Shown: piece by piece, positions 22,503 to 30,233 of the stretch
Layout of the letters: every line of letters begins with the position of its first letter
How positions within the stretch are numbered: position 1 is the first letter of the stretch
From: a virus
Taxonomy: Duplodnaviria; Heunggongvirae; Uroviricota; Caudoviricetes
DNA: 36,921 bases
Direction: 5' to 3' (one strand)
Virus record (IMG/VR): IMGVR_UViG_2531839667_000014
Coordinates: 1 to 36,921 of that record
Notes under the pieces: generated by a model
Told to the model about the DNA's origin: nothing
What the model saw: the letters and a program-made list of their open reading frames with translations, nothing else
The model's database searches: none
Made by a program: the position numbers and the translations under genes

Positions 22503-22717
22503 TATTCACCTCTCGCAGCCTTTCTTCTGTCTTCTCTGATTTTGAAGTACAGATTTGTCAGATAAGTCAGGAAGCCCAGAACCAGACTCCCCAGTACACC
22601 AATCGCAGCCCACTGTGACGGACTGACCTGATCAAGCCACTGTAAAAACCAGTAGCCAGCACTGCCTGCGGAGGTGCCGTAGGCAATGCCCGTTGAAATT
22701 TTGTCCATGGATTTCAT
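22502..22717 (-). CDS. S: pinholin S21 with dual-start motif
   Basis: 71 aa [14 protein letters not shown]... with two TM segments; Met1-Lys-Ser-Met4 dual start as in phage 21 S (S21-71 antiholin / S21-68 holin). Confidence 0.9.
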
Positions 22718-22773
22718 AGCCTCACCTCCGCAAATAACGGATGGCGTAGTTTTACACTGAGAGATGAAAGGGA

Positions 22774-22802
22774 TTTGAAAAGAAAAGCCCGCAAAAGCGG
22801 GC
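22774..22802 (-). terminator. terminator-like hairpin upstream of the lysis cassette
   Basis: Minus-strand GCCCGC-tttt-GCGGGC followed by TTTTCTTTTC. Confidence 0.45.
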
Positions 22803-23009
22803 GAAATTGGATCTACAGTCAGGAAAGCACTCTATCCAACAAACCACCCACAGTTAATCGGAATAAAAGCAGAGCGCTTATGAATGATCGCCTGCCCGAA
22901 GGTTAGTATTTCTGCACAGCAATTTTGCAAAAAAAAGCGATCATTCATAACTTAAACGTCTTTCAGTCACTCCGGGCTTTCCCATCATCGCAGACTGAAA
23001 GACTCTAAC

Positions 23010-23084
<75 letters not shown>

Positions 23085-23087
23085 ATA

Positions 23088-23163
<76 letters not shown>

Positions 23164-23351
23164 ATTGGTTCTTCGGGTGTGAATGAGATGCCCGGATACA
23201 TAATTTACCCTTCCCTCGGAACCGCAGAGATAATACAAATAAATAACCAGAATTCAATATTTGCTTATTCGTCTGTCGAAAAATCCAGCAAGATGAAAGA
23301 ACCGTATTCGCAACCACCAGCGTGTTTAATGTACCGTACCGCTTTTCAGGC

Positions 23352-23377
23352 ATAAAAAACCCGCTCGGAGGCGGGCT
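23352..23377 (-). terminator. rho-independent terminator downstream of the late promoter (tR'-like)
   Basis: Minus-strand AGCCCGCC-tccga-GCGGGTT followed by TTTTTAT. Confidence 0.65.
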
Positions 23378-23423
23378 GTAAAATTCTTCTAACGTCAGGC
23401 ATAAAACGCCCATCGTTATGGAA

Positions 23424-23451
23424 AATTTACCACAAATTCGGGAAAAATCAA
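23424..23451 (-). promoter_or_regulatory. late promoter PR'-like (-35 TTGATT, -10 TAAATT) with Q-utilisation region
   Basis: Minus strand TTGATT-N16-TAAATT then ...AACGATGGG..., resembling the lambda PR' segment GGGTAAATTTGACTCAACGATGGG as I recall it; directly downstream of the Q-like gene. Confidence 0.6.
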
Positions 23452-23456
23452 CAACA

Positions 23457-24278
23457 CTATCGCGTTACCCTCTTTAACTGCCGCTCCGCCCATGTCTCTT
23501 CAATGTCAAACCGAACCACCAACGTATCGTAAAAGCGTTTCACTGATTTTTTCCACGTATCAAGCGTGATAGCACTCGTCACTTTACATATGGCATTAAA
23601 TGCCTCCGTTGATGGCAGTCTTTCATAGCCCCGACCACCACAACGCTGGCAGTTCCTGATTACAGGCATACCCCGTTTTTCCGACTCTTCACGATGAATG
23701 GCAACACCACGCCCACGGCAGTCTTTACAGGCAGTGGAAATCTCCCCCTTCCCTTTACATTCAGGACAGGAAACTTTCACCACCTCCCGGATTTTTTTCC
23801 ATTCTTCCCAGTAAGACGGATACACACCCTTCGTACACTTTGCCCATACTGGCGGCTTGCCATCCGGATACTGGACCTTGTTTGTAAAAACTTCGCTTTC
23901 AATAAATTTTTCCCCATGGCAACAAGGGCACTGCTTTTTACTCGCTGCGCTGCGGGCATAATCCTCAAAAGCATACGAAGCCATAATGCGCATCACTGCC
24001 GGTTTTATTTCTGCCGGAAGTTTTCTTAACGCCGCCACGCGATCGCACTGACTTAATGCATAATCTGCCAGTAATTCTGTTGCCCGCGCCCTGTCATTCA
24101 TACTAATGCCCATTTTCCCCAGGAACGCAGAAAATCCCATCTCAGCACGGTTTTGTGTCATACCCTGCGCAGCCATCACATCAGTGATACTCAGCGTATC
24201 TTTTGACGTCGAGACGGATGCATCAGTCAGGCCAGGCGATTTTGGGGAGTAGTATTTCGGTAAATCTTCCAGCTTCAT
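23457..24278 (-). CDS. Q: late antiterminator Q-like protein (zinc-binding)
   Basis: 273 aa with several CxxC pairs; located between rusA and the PR'-like promoter; ATGA overlap with rusA. Confidence 0.65.
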   Translation of the reverse strand: MKLEDLPKYYSPKSPGLTDASVSTSKDTLSITDVMAAQGMTQNRAEMGFSAFLGKMGISMNDRARATELLADYALSQCDRVAALRKLPAEIKPAVMRIMASYAFEDYARSAASKKQCPCCHGEKFIESEVFTNKVQYPDGKPPVWAKCTKGVYPSYWEEWKKIREVVKVSCPECKGKGEISTACKDCRGRGVAIHREESEKRGMPVIRNCQRCGGRGYERLPSTEAFNAICKVTSAITLDTWKKSVKRFYDTLVVRFDIEETWAERQLKRVTR

Positions 24279-24655
24279 TTATTGACCTGCCCGTCATGCA
24301 TTATTTCGTAAATTTTCACGCCCAGTCGACCACCAGGAACGAGCTGACCGCGCACTATATTGATTTCGTCAAACTGCTCATCGTCGATAAGCAGTCCTGC
24401 ATGTGTCAGTGCATCCAGTGGTGCCTTCAGGATATTGTCCAGGTCGCGGCAGCGCTTATCCGGTGGCTCTGCAATAATCCTGATTGCCAACCTACCGGAC
24501 AGATTTAATTTCAGTCGCTGCTGGCGAACAATAAGCGCCACATCCCGGCGATAACGCTCACCGGCTTTTGATACAAAATATACGCCACCACGACGGCGCC
24601 AGTAGGTGTTCACCGACGGCGGGTAAGGCAAAACAAATTCTATGCGCTCAGTCAT
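24275..24655 (-). CDS. rusA: Holliday junction resolvase RusA
   Basis: 126 aa; N-terminal ...EFVLPYPPSVNTYWRRRGG... and acidic catalytic residues typical of RusA; nin-region position. Confidence 0.85.
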   Translation of the reverse strand: MTERIEFVLPYPPSVNTYWRRRGGVYFVSKAGERYRRDVALIVRQQRLKLNLSGRLAIRIIAEPPDKRCRDLDNILKAPLDALTHAGLLIDDEQFDEINIVRGQLVPGGRLGVKIYEIMHDGQVNK

Positions 24656-25711
24656 TTATGCTTTCCACTTCAGGACACCCGAATTTCTCGCGTGCATTAA
24701 AAAACGAATCAGCAACAACAGCTGGCTGCCGTGTTTTTCTTCAAAATCTTTTACCCCGGCGTGCAGTTCGTTATGACATTTACGGCACAGCGGAATAACA
24801 AACAAATCATCAGCCTTTGTTCCCATCCCTCCCAGTCCATGACCAATGATGTGATGCGGATCATCTGCCTGATTACCGCACGTCATGCATTTCTGCGTTT
24901 TTACCCAGCGCGTGTATACAGGCATCTCTTCCCGTTGTGGTTTCTGGCGCTGGAGATACTGAGCCGGTGACTCCGGATCAACGGCAATGCTGACCACCGT
25001 CTTTTCCTGTGGCGGATTTTGCTGGTGGGCGTGAGGCAGCGGCGCAAGATTTTTTGTGCGCTGCTTCAGTATGCTGGTGGCGGTCTGCTCTCCCGGTACG
25101 ATGTCGCTTTCACGGTACACTGAGCGGATTTTTTCCGCACGCCCCCCCAGCGAACGACGTAATACCGCTTCCGGTAGCGCGTCCGCCACCTGATTGCGGA
25201 CCGCCCACCAGGATAATTCAGCCAGAGATAACTCCCGTTCCTGTGTACCGCTTATTGCGTGGCGGATGACGCCAATCATCCAGGCTGCCAGATTTTGATG
25301 AGCAAGTTGCCCGAGTGATTCGGATGTCTGGTCACGCAGCAGGTTGTCGCAGTGCCAGCACAACACTATTGCGCCGGTACCATAACGGTGAATGACGGTT
25401 TCGCTGTGATGATAATCGCCGTGTGGCCACTGGCAGGATTTAATATGGCGCAACAGCCAGTCAGACAATGCACCAGCACCACCAGCAGCACGAATCACCC
25501 GTGCGTTACTGAAAAACGGCAGCAATGTTTTGTCTTCCACCAGCGGCTGGCGAACGGCAGGAACGACCCCGGACGGCAGATTACGCATGCTTTTCGGTTC
25601 CGGCTCCACCAGCACTCGAGGATTGTGAAATACCTGCATGGATTCACGGCCCGGCTTAACGATCACCAGCCCGAGTTCCGGTACCAGAACAGGTCGAAGT
25701 AATACCCGCAC
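24656..25711 (-). CDS. DUF968-family prophage protein (YdfU-like) with C-terminal HNH-like motif
   Basis: 351 aa; C-terminal ...CMTCGNQADDPHHIIGHGLGGMGTKADDLFVIPLCRKCHNELH... has HNH-type Cys/His spacing; an internal start (MQVFHNPR) is possible. Confidence 0.65.
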   Translation of the reverse strand: MRVLLRPVLVPELGLVIVKPGRESMQVFHNPRVLVEPEPKSMRNLPSGVVPAVRQPLVEDKTLLPFFSNARVIRAAGGAGALSDWLLRHIKSCQWPHGDYHHSETVIHRYGTGAIVLCWHCDNLLRDQTSESLGQLAHQNLAAWMIGVIRHAISGTQERELSLAELSWWAVRNQVADALPEAVLRRSLGGRAEKIRSVYRESDIVPGEQTATSILKQRTKNLAPLPHAHQQNPPQEKTVVSIAVDPESPAQYLQRQKPQREEMPVYTRWVKTQKCMTCGNQADDPHHIIGHGLGGMGTKADDLFVIPLCRKCHNELHAGVKDFEEKHGSQLLLLIRFLMHARNSGVLKWKA

Positions 25712-25712
25712 G

Positions 25713-25991
25713 TTACCTCCAGATCCGTTGCTGGAATGTGCGGGACGGACGCGGTGGGCGTTCGGAATAAGGGAGTCTGACGTAGATTATCCAGAGACGA
25801 TAATCGAGGCTGAGGGCTTTCCTAAACTCATACCCACGTCTGCGGTAGTTATGAATCAGCCATTCGGCCTGTTCTTCAGTGCAGGGGTCATGCTGGTACC
25901 AGTCATATTTGAATGCGTGAGGGCGCCGCCCGTGCCCGCTGGCAAAGACGGCTGAATTATCAGAATTGTTAATTTTCTTGTAATGCACCAC
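25713..25991 (-). CDS. hypothetical prophage protein
   Basis: 92-aa ORF abutting the DUF968 gene on the same strand; no family recognised. Confidence 0.4.
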   Translation of the reverse strand: MVHYKKINNSDNSAVFASGHGRRPHAFKYDWYQHDPCTEEQAEWLIHNYRRRGYEFRKALSLDYRLWIIYVRLPYSERPPRPSRTFQQRIWR

Positions 25992-26057
25992 TACTGTCCT
26001 CGTAATGGTGCGACAGACGCCAGTTGTTCAGGCTGGCTTTGACTACGGCATTATAAT

Positions 26058-26252
26058 CTAGTCTTTCTTAATGCTGAAGTGACTGACCGAATCCACATGC
26101 GATTCTTTGGTGATCAGAATAACATCGGATGGCAATGGCATTACGATAAATTCACCATTCTCAAGAACTATTACTTCATAATTACCAGGTACAGAAAGCG
26201 CAGCAATTAATTCCTTATCGTTCATAACCAAAATCCCGTGAACTTTAAACAC
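26058..26252 (-). CDS. hypothetical protein
   Basis: 64-aa ORF; the annotated start is GTG with no spacing to a GGGGAG stretch, so the true start may be the ATG at 26225. Confidence 0.35.
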   Translation of the reverse strand: MFKVHGILVMNDKELIAALSVPGNYEVIVLENGEFIVMPLPSDVILITKESHVDSVSHFSIKKD

Positions 26253-26467
26253 CTCCCCTTAAGGGGTCCATCCATCTTCTCCCTGCGCGCTACTCAAAAC
26301 GGGTGAATTCTAATTAATCTTTATTTCGAAGCAATCGCAAAAAACAAAATAGAAAATAAAAACAAACACACTAAAAACAACAAATACAACTATATCGAAA
26401 ATTAATTAACTATTCGGACAGCAGAGCAATATAACTTCAGTTAAAATCATTAATCTCCCTTATTCAT

Positions 26468-26494
26468 GAAAAACAAAACCCGCCGAAGCGGGTT
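26468..26494 (-). terminator. rho-independent terminator at the 3' end of the hok transcript
   Basis: Minus-strand AACCCGC-ttcg-GCGGGTT followed by TTGTTTTTC. Confidence 0.6.
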
Positions 26495-26562
26495 AAGTGC
26501 GGGTGCGTTGAGGATGCCTGACACATCAGAGGTGGCGAGGGATTTCTCCCCCGCCGGGTCTC

Positions 26563-26718
26563 TTACTCCTCAGGTTCGTAAGCTGTGAAGACAGCGACCT
26601 CCGTCTGTCCGGTTCGGATTCGTACCTCGCAGAGGTCTTTCCTCGTTACCAGTGCCGTCACAATGACGGTTAAACAGATGACGATCAGGGCGATTAGCAT
26701 CGCCTTTTGCTGCTTCAT
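26563..26718 (-). CDS. hok: Hok-family type I toxin (HokD/RelF-like)
   Basis: 51 aa MKQQKAMLIALIVICLTVIVTALVTRKDLCEVRIRTGQTEVAVFTAYEPEE; single TM helix; AAGGAG RBS; the track ORF is extended in frame by 19 codons. Confidence 0.9.
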   Translation of the reverse strand: MKQQKAMLIALIVICLTVIVTALVTRKDLCEVRIRTGQTEVAVFTAYEPEE

Positions 26719-27007
26719 AGCCTGCTTCTCCTTGCCTTTCGGCACGTAAGAGGCTAACCTACGTGTGCAAGTCATAGATATGGCCTCAGATTAATGTTAA
26801 GCGTCTTGCAGGACGCGTAATGTTAACTGGGGCTTTCTCTGCCTGCCTTACAGTGGCATGCCCGAGGCAGACAGCCTCAAGCACCCGCAGCAATTCTACT
26901 TAACTATCTTTCTCCCGCAAATCGTTTTTATCCCCAGCGGCAAATCGAATACACAACCAGTGCTACCGCCATTGCAATTCCTACTGTTGTGAATGCCTCA
27001 GGCCAGG

Positions 27008-27700
27008 TCATCGTAAAACATCCTCCACGCCTATCAACCCGTTCCGCTCCAGATAGCCCATCGCATTATCTGGCAATTTGCAGTCCGGTTTCGATTTCTT
27101 CAGTTGGCTGACTAATTGCTTCACCAGCATTGTCAATTCGATAACCTGTTTGCCTGATGTTCGCTCACTACAGCTTATCCAATCATCCGGAGTTGCCGGG
27201 GAGCTGGTTGACGAATTCTTATTTTCCCGAAAGTTTCCGGCCTGAAACATAGCGGCGCGGTGACACCAGATAATCCAGCCAATCGCCATATCCCATGCCA
27301 TGTATTCGCTACCGCCATTTTTTGCCCTGCGGCGATCAACAGAATCCCCGAAATGCTTCTCCATAAATAACTCATAGGCAGCCCGTTCATCCGGCACCAC
27401 CAGCATTGGCGGCGTGGCGTATAGCTTACGGGTCTGAACACCTGCCCCCTGGCATTTCTCTTCCTCAACAAATCTTTCGAAAGCATATTCCCCGCAATCT
27501 TCCCATTCTCCCCATTCATCATATTCTGCATCCCACTGGCGATACTGATATGCCACTGGCTCTGCTTCCAGCGATGCCAGAGCAATACGAAACACATTGG
27601 CAAGCAGGCTGTTTGAAGATTGGTTATCGTGCGCCGAATCGCTCAGAAAACCAGTGATGAATGATTTAATCTCCGCGCTTTCTCTGGTAATAGTGGTCAT
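27008..27700 (-). CDS. hypothetical protein, acidic Trp-rich N-half and basic C-terminus
   Basis: 230-aa ORF tightly packed with neighbours; no recognisable family. Confidence 0.5.
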   Translation of the reverse strand: MTTITRESAEIKSFITGFLSDSAHDNQSSNSLLANVFRIALASLEAEPVAYQYRQWDAEYDEWGEWEDCGEYAFERFVEEEKCQGAGVQTRKLYATPPMLVVPDERAAYELFMEKHFGDSVDRRRAKNGGSEYMAWDMAIGWIIWCHRAAMFQAGNFRENKNSSTSSPATPDDWISCSERTSGKQVIELTMLVKQLVSQLKKSKPDCKLPDNAMGYLERNGLIGVEDVLR

Positions 27701-27701
27701 A

Positions 27702-27905
27702 TCACTCTCCTTTAGTGCGCAAGTGGTTTTTCCAGCGGTTTTTCGCCGCGCTGGGCTTTTTAAGGGAACACATCACAATATCAGCTGTGTTTGTGAACAA
27801 GCCCATTCTGCGGTTACTGAGTTTTAACCATTGCTGGACGCCGCGAGCATTTCTACAGGTCAAAAGAATTTTTGCTTTACGGTTTTTCATTGTTTTGCTC
27901 TCCAA
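27702..27905 (-). CDS. hypothetical small basic protein
   Basis: 67 aa, Lys/Arg-rich; stop abuts the start of the 230-aa gene. Confidence 0.4.
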   Translation of the reverse strand: MESKTMKNRKAKILLTCRNARGVQQWLKLSNRRMGLFTNTADIVMCSLKKPSAAKNRWKNHLRTKGE

Positions 27906-27919
27906 TTGATTCAGCCATT

Positions 27920-28093
27920 TTATTCTTCCTCTTCATCTTTTATTTCGTGGTATGCGTAATTGCAGTAGTTAAAGAAAATATCTTTAGCTTCGTCATAAAC
28001 TTCATCAGGTGTCGCGTCATCGCCCACTTCGAATACATCCTCAAAATCTCCACCAGCTATTCCCGTTTCAATAATTATTTTGAACTTTCGCAT
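27920..28093 (-). CDS. hypothetical small acidic protein
   Basis: Manually found ORF (below the track threshold): MRKFKIIIETGIAGGDFEDVFEVGDDATPDEVYDEAKDIFFNYCNYAYHEIKDEEEE, 57 aa, strongly acidic. Confidence 0.4.
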   Translation of the reverse strand: MRKFKIIIETGIAGGDFEDVFEVGDDATPDEVYDEAKDIFFNYCNYAYHEIKDEEEE

Positions 28094-28188
28094 TTCACTA
28101 CCGCCCTTTCGGACGGCCTCCTGATGTATTGAGGTTGCAGGAATCCCTCCGGTTAAGGATTAAATTTTATTTACAGTGCTAAATTTAA

Positions 28189-28803
28189 TTATTCTGGAGC
28201 GCGAAGCTGTTCCGCACAATGCAGCAGCGCATCCGTTGCTTCATTAAGCGTTACGGTATCGGCATCATCCAACCCTGCAACTTTTGCGTGCCTGACAAAC
28301 GCCGCGCAAAGGTCGTTAAACGCCAACGCCCGCACTTCAGCCAGAAAAACATCGGTGGCCGGGGTGGGCTTTTGTGGTGATATAGCAATACGAATTGTTT
28401 CAAGCCCCGATTTTGTTTTCATTGCTGGCGCTTTGATATGCCCAAGTTGCACCACATTCATGATAAACCTGCGACGGTCATCACATATCGCCTTCACCTC
28501 TGCATTCTCCGCCGCCAGCGCCACAAGATTAGCCTCCAACTCTCCTATATGCTTGTTTTGGGCTTCCCGCTCATCCAGCAGCGCCTGCACTACTGCAGGG
28601 TTGAAAGCTGCGATATAACGAGCGTTGTTCTCTGCGTTTTTCTGTCCGTCAAAACCGGGCCATTTGATAACGTCTTCACATCGTTTATCACCGGGCGTAT
28701 GCACCGCATACGTACCAGTACCCGTCGAAATAAATGCGCCCCATTCGCCCTGTGTTGCCTGTTTTGCTATCTCACGTAGTACCTGATGGTTAATTTCACT
28801 CAC
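28189..28803 (-). CDS. Ead/Ea22-like protein
   Basis: Track ORF trimmed to a GTG start with a GGAGGTG RBS that overlaps the upstream stop (GTGA); contains ...NARYIAAFNPAVVQALLDEREAQ... plus coiled coil, reminiscent of Ea22-like proteins. Confidence 0.5.
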   Translation of the reverse strand: MSEINHQVLREIAKQATQGEWGAFISTGTGTYAVHTPGDKRCEDVIKWPGFDGQKNAENNARYIAAFNPAVVQALLDEREAQNKHIGELEANLVALAAENAEVKAICDDRRRFIMNVVQLGHIKAPAMKTKSGLETIRIAISPQKPTPATDVFLAEVRALAFNDLCAAFVRHAKVAGLDDADTVTLNEATDALLHCAEQLRAPE

Positions 28804-29222
28804 GATAACACCTCCTGAAATTTCCCCTGATAAAACGCCAGCACACGCTGCATAGCTTCGCTCTTCCGGCACTCACGACAGATTATGTTCATACGCCTGT
28901 CGTAGCGGCGTATTTCTCCATCTTGTAACGACCGGATAAGACCCGGATCAACCACAGCAGGTTTCTTCACCTTTGCCCTTGATAGTTTTTTACGGGTGTT
29001 TTGCCAGTCCTTGCGAGCCTGTTCAGACGGAAATAACCCGTAGCCAGAATTGTATACATCACCACTGGCAACCAGCTCTCTGGCAAGAACGCTCATCAGA
29101 TATCTTGTCGTACCTGTCTTGGCTTCCAGTTGTCGTAACGTCTCGCGCCCACTCTGGCGCACGAGTTCAACAACCTGCCCCTTAATTTTTTCCCGCTCTT
29201 CTTGTGTAAAAACTTTTGCCAC
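28800..29222 (-). CDS. hypothetical protein with N-terminal helix-turn-helix
   Basis: 140 aa; HTH-like segment RETLRQLEAKTGTTRYLMSVLARELV; C-terminal CxxC. Confidence 0.5.
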   Translation of the reverse strand: MAKVFTQEEREKIKGQVVELVRQSGRETLRQLEAKTGTTRYLMSVLARELVASGDVYNSGYGLFPSEQARKDWQNTRKKLSRAKVKKPAVVDPGLIRSLQDGEIRRYDRRMNIICRECRKSEAMQRVLAFYQGKFQEVLS

Positions 29223-29262
29223 AAGTCCTCCTGAAAATTACCTCATGACCTGAAATCAACAA

Positions 29263-30210
29263 TTACCCTCTGAACCCAGGTGGAATTTCGGTATCCGGTT
29301 CAGAAATATGATTCACACAACGCTGTATTGGCGAACGCCCCAAGCGAATAACCAGCTCATCCCATTTTTCGCGAAGCTTTGACGGGCTCATGATGTTTTT
29401 TACCCAGAATGGATCCCGCTGTACCCGACCAAACATTTCACAAATTTGTCTGTGAGTTCTGCCATCCAGCATCCGCATTGTGCGCACATCATTGGCCCAT
29501 GCGGTCCAGTTTGGTTCTTTCGGTCGCATGATTTCGCCATCATCGCTGGCAGCCTGCTCGTAAAGACTCACGATTCGTCCCCAGATCCACTGCGCACACG
29601 CCAAATCTTCCTGGCTACCCCACTGGCGTTTTTTCGCACTGAACACAACCGCGTCAGGGTGTCGGGTTAAAAAATCCTGTTCAGCCGTCTGCGGCTCCGG
29701 TTGCGAAGCGTCCGGACAAGAAGATCTTTTATCTGACGGATCAGGTTTTAATACTGACGGATCGGGGCCAACCATCGCCCCCCTAACCGGATGTTTTTTA
29801 TCAACGGTTGATCCATCAAAATTTGACGGGTCAACCGTTGAGGGGTCAATGTTTGACGGGTCATTTTTTACCTGGTTAATTTTTCTTTTCGGTTTATATG
29901 CCTCACGCGCCGCCGCTGCTGCTGCTTCGAGTTTTTCCACATTAAGACGGTAGATATTGCTTTCATTACGCCCACCGACCTTACGTTCCTCCTTCGTCAG
30001 CCAGCCGTTCTTTTCCAGTTCTGCTATCGCAGCTTTAACCGTTGATTCACTCTTTGCCCCAATCTGACGACGAATGGTCTCCACTGCAGGCCATGACACA
30101 CCTTCGTCATTGCTGTAATCTGCAAGGCGAGCCATTACTGCCACCCTGGATAAGATCATGCCGGTGAAGGCACACCCTTCCCAGACAAGACCATGAAGCT
30201 TGCTGCTCAT
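29263..30210 (-). CDS. replication initiation protein (O-like, N-terminal winged-helix domain)
   Basis: 315 aa; N-terminal DNA-binding domain ...SWPAVETIRRQIGAKSESTVKAAIAELEKNGWL...; the linker is encoded by the iteron cluster; position downstream of cro-like and YdaT-like genes. Confidence 0.65.
   Translation of the reverse strand: MSSKLHGLVWEGCAFTGMILSRVAVMARLADYSNDEGVSWPAVETIRRQIGAKSESTVKAAIAELEKNGWLTKEERKVGGRNESNIYRLNVEKLEAAAAAAREAYKPKRKINQVKNDPSNIDPSTVDPSNFDGSTVDKKHPVRGAMVGPDPSVLKPDPSDKRSSCPDASQPEPQTAEQDFLTRHPDAVVFSAKKRQWGSQEDLACAQWIWGRIVSLYEQAASDDGEIMRPKEPNWTAWANDVRTMRMLDGRTHRQICEMFGRVQRDPFWVKNIMSPSKLREKWDELVIRLGRSPIQRCVNHISEPDTEIPPGFRG
29734..29900. repeat. candidate origin of replication: iteron cluster plus AT-rich tract inside the initiator gene
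   Basis: 9-mer TGACGGATC/TGACGGGTC at 29734, 29755, 29824 and 29854, an inverted near-copy at 29810, an inverted pair TCAACGGTTGA/TCAACCGTTGA, then a T/A-rich stretch at 29863..29900. Confidence 0.55.
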
Positions 30211-30233
30211 AAAAAACTCCGAACACCGTGCTT

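Noticed and set aside
26563-26775. The 70-aa track ORF as a distinct mok gene
   Set aside because: It is simply an in-frame upstream extension of hok; the Hok start at MKQQ has a good RBS, and a real mok would be in another frame.
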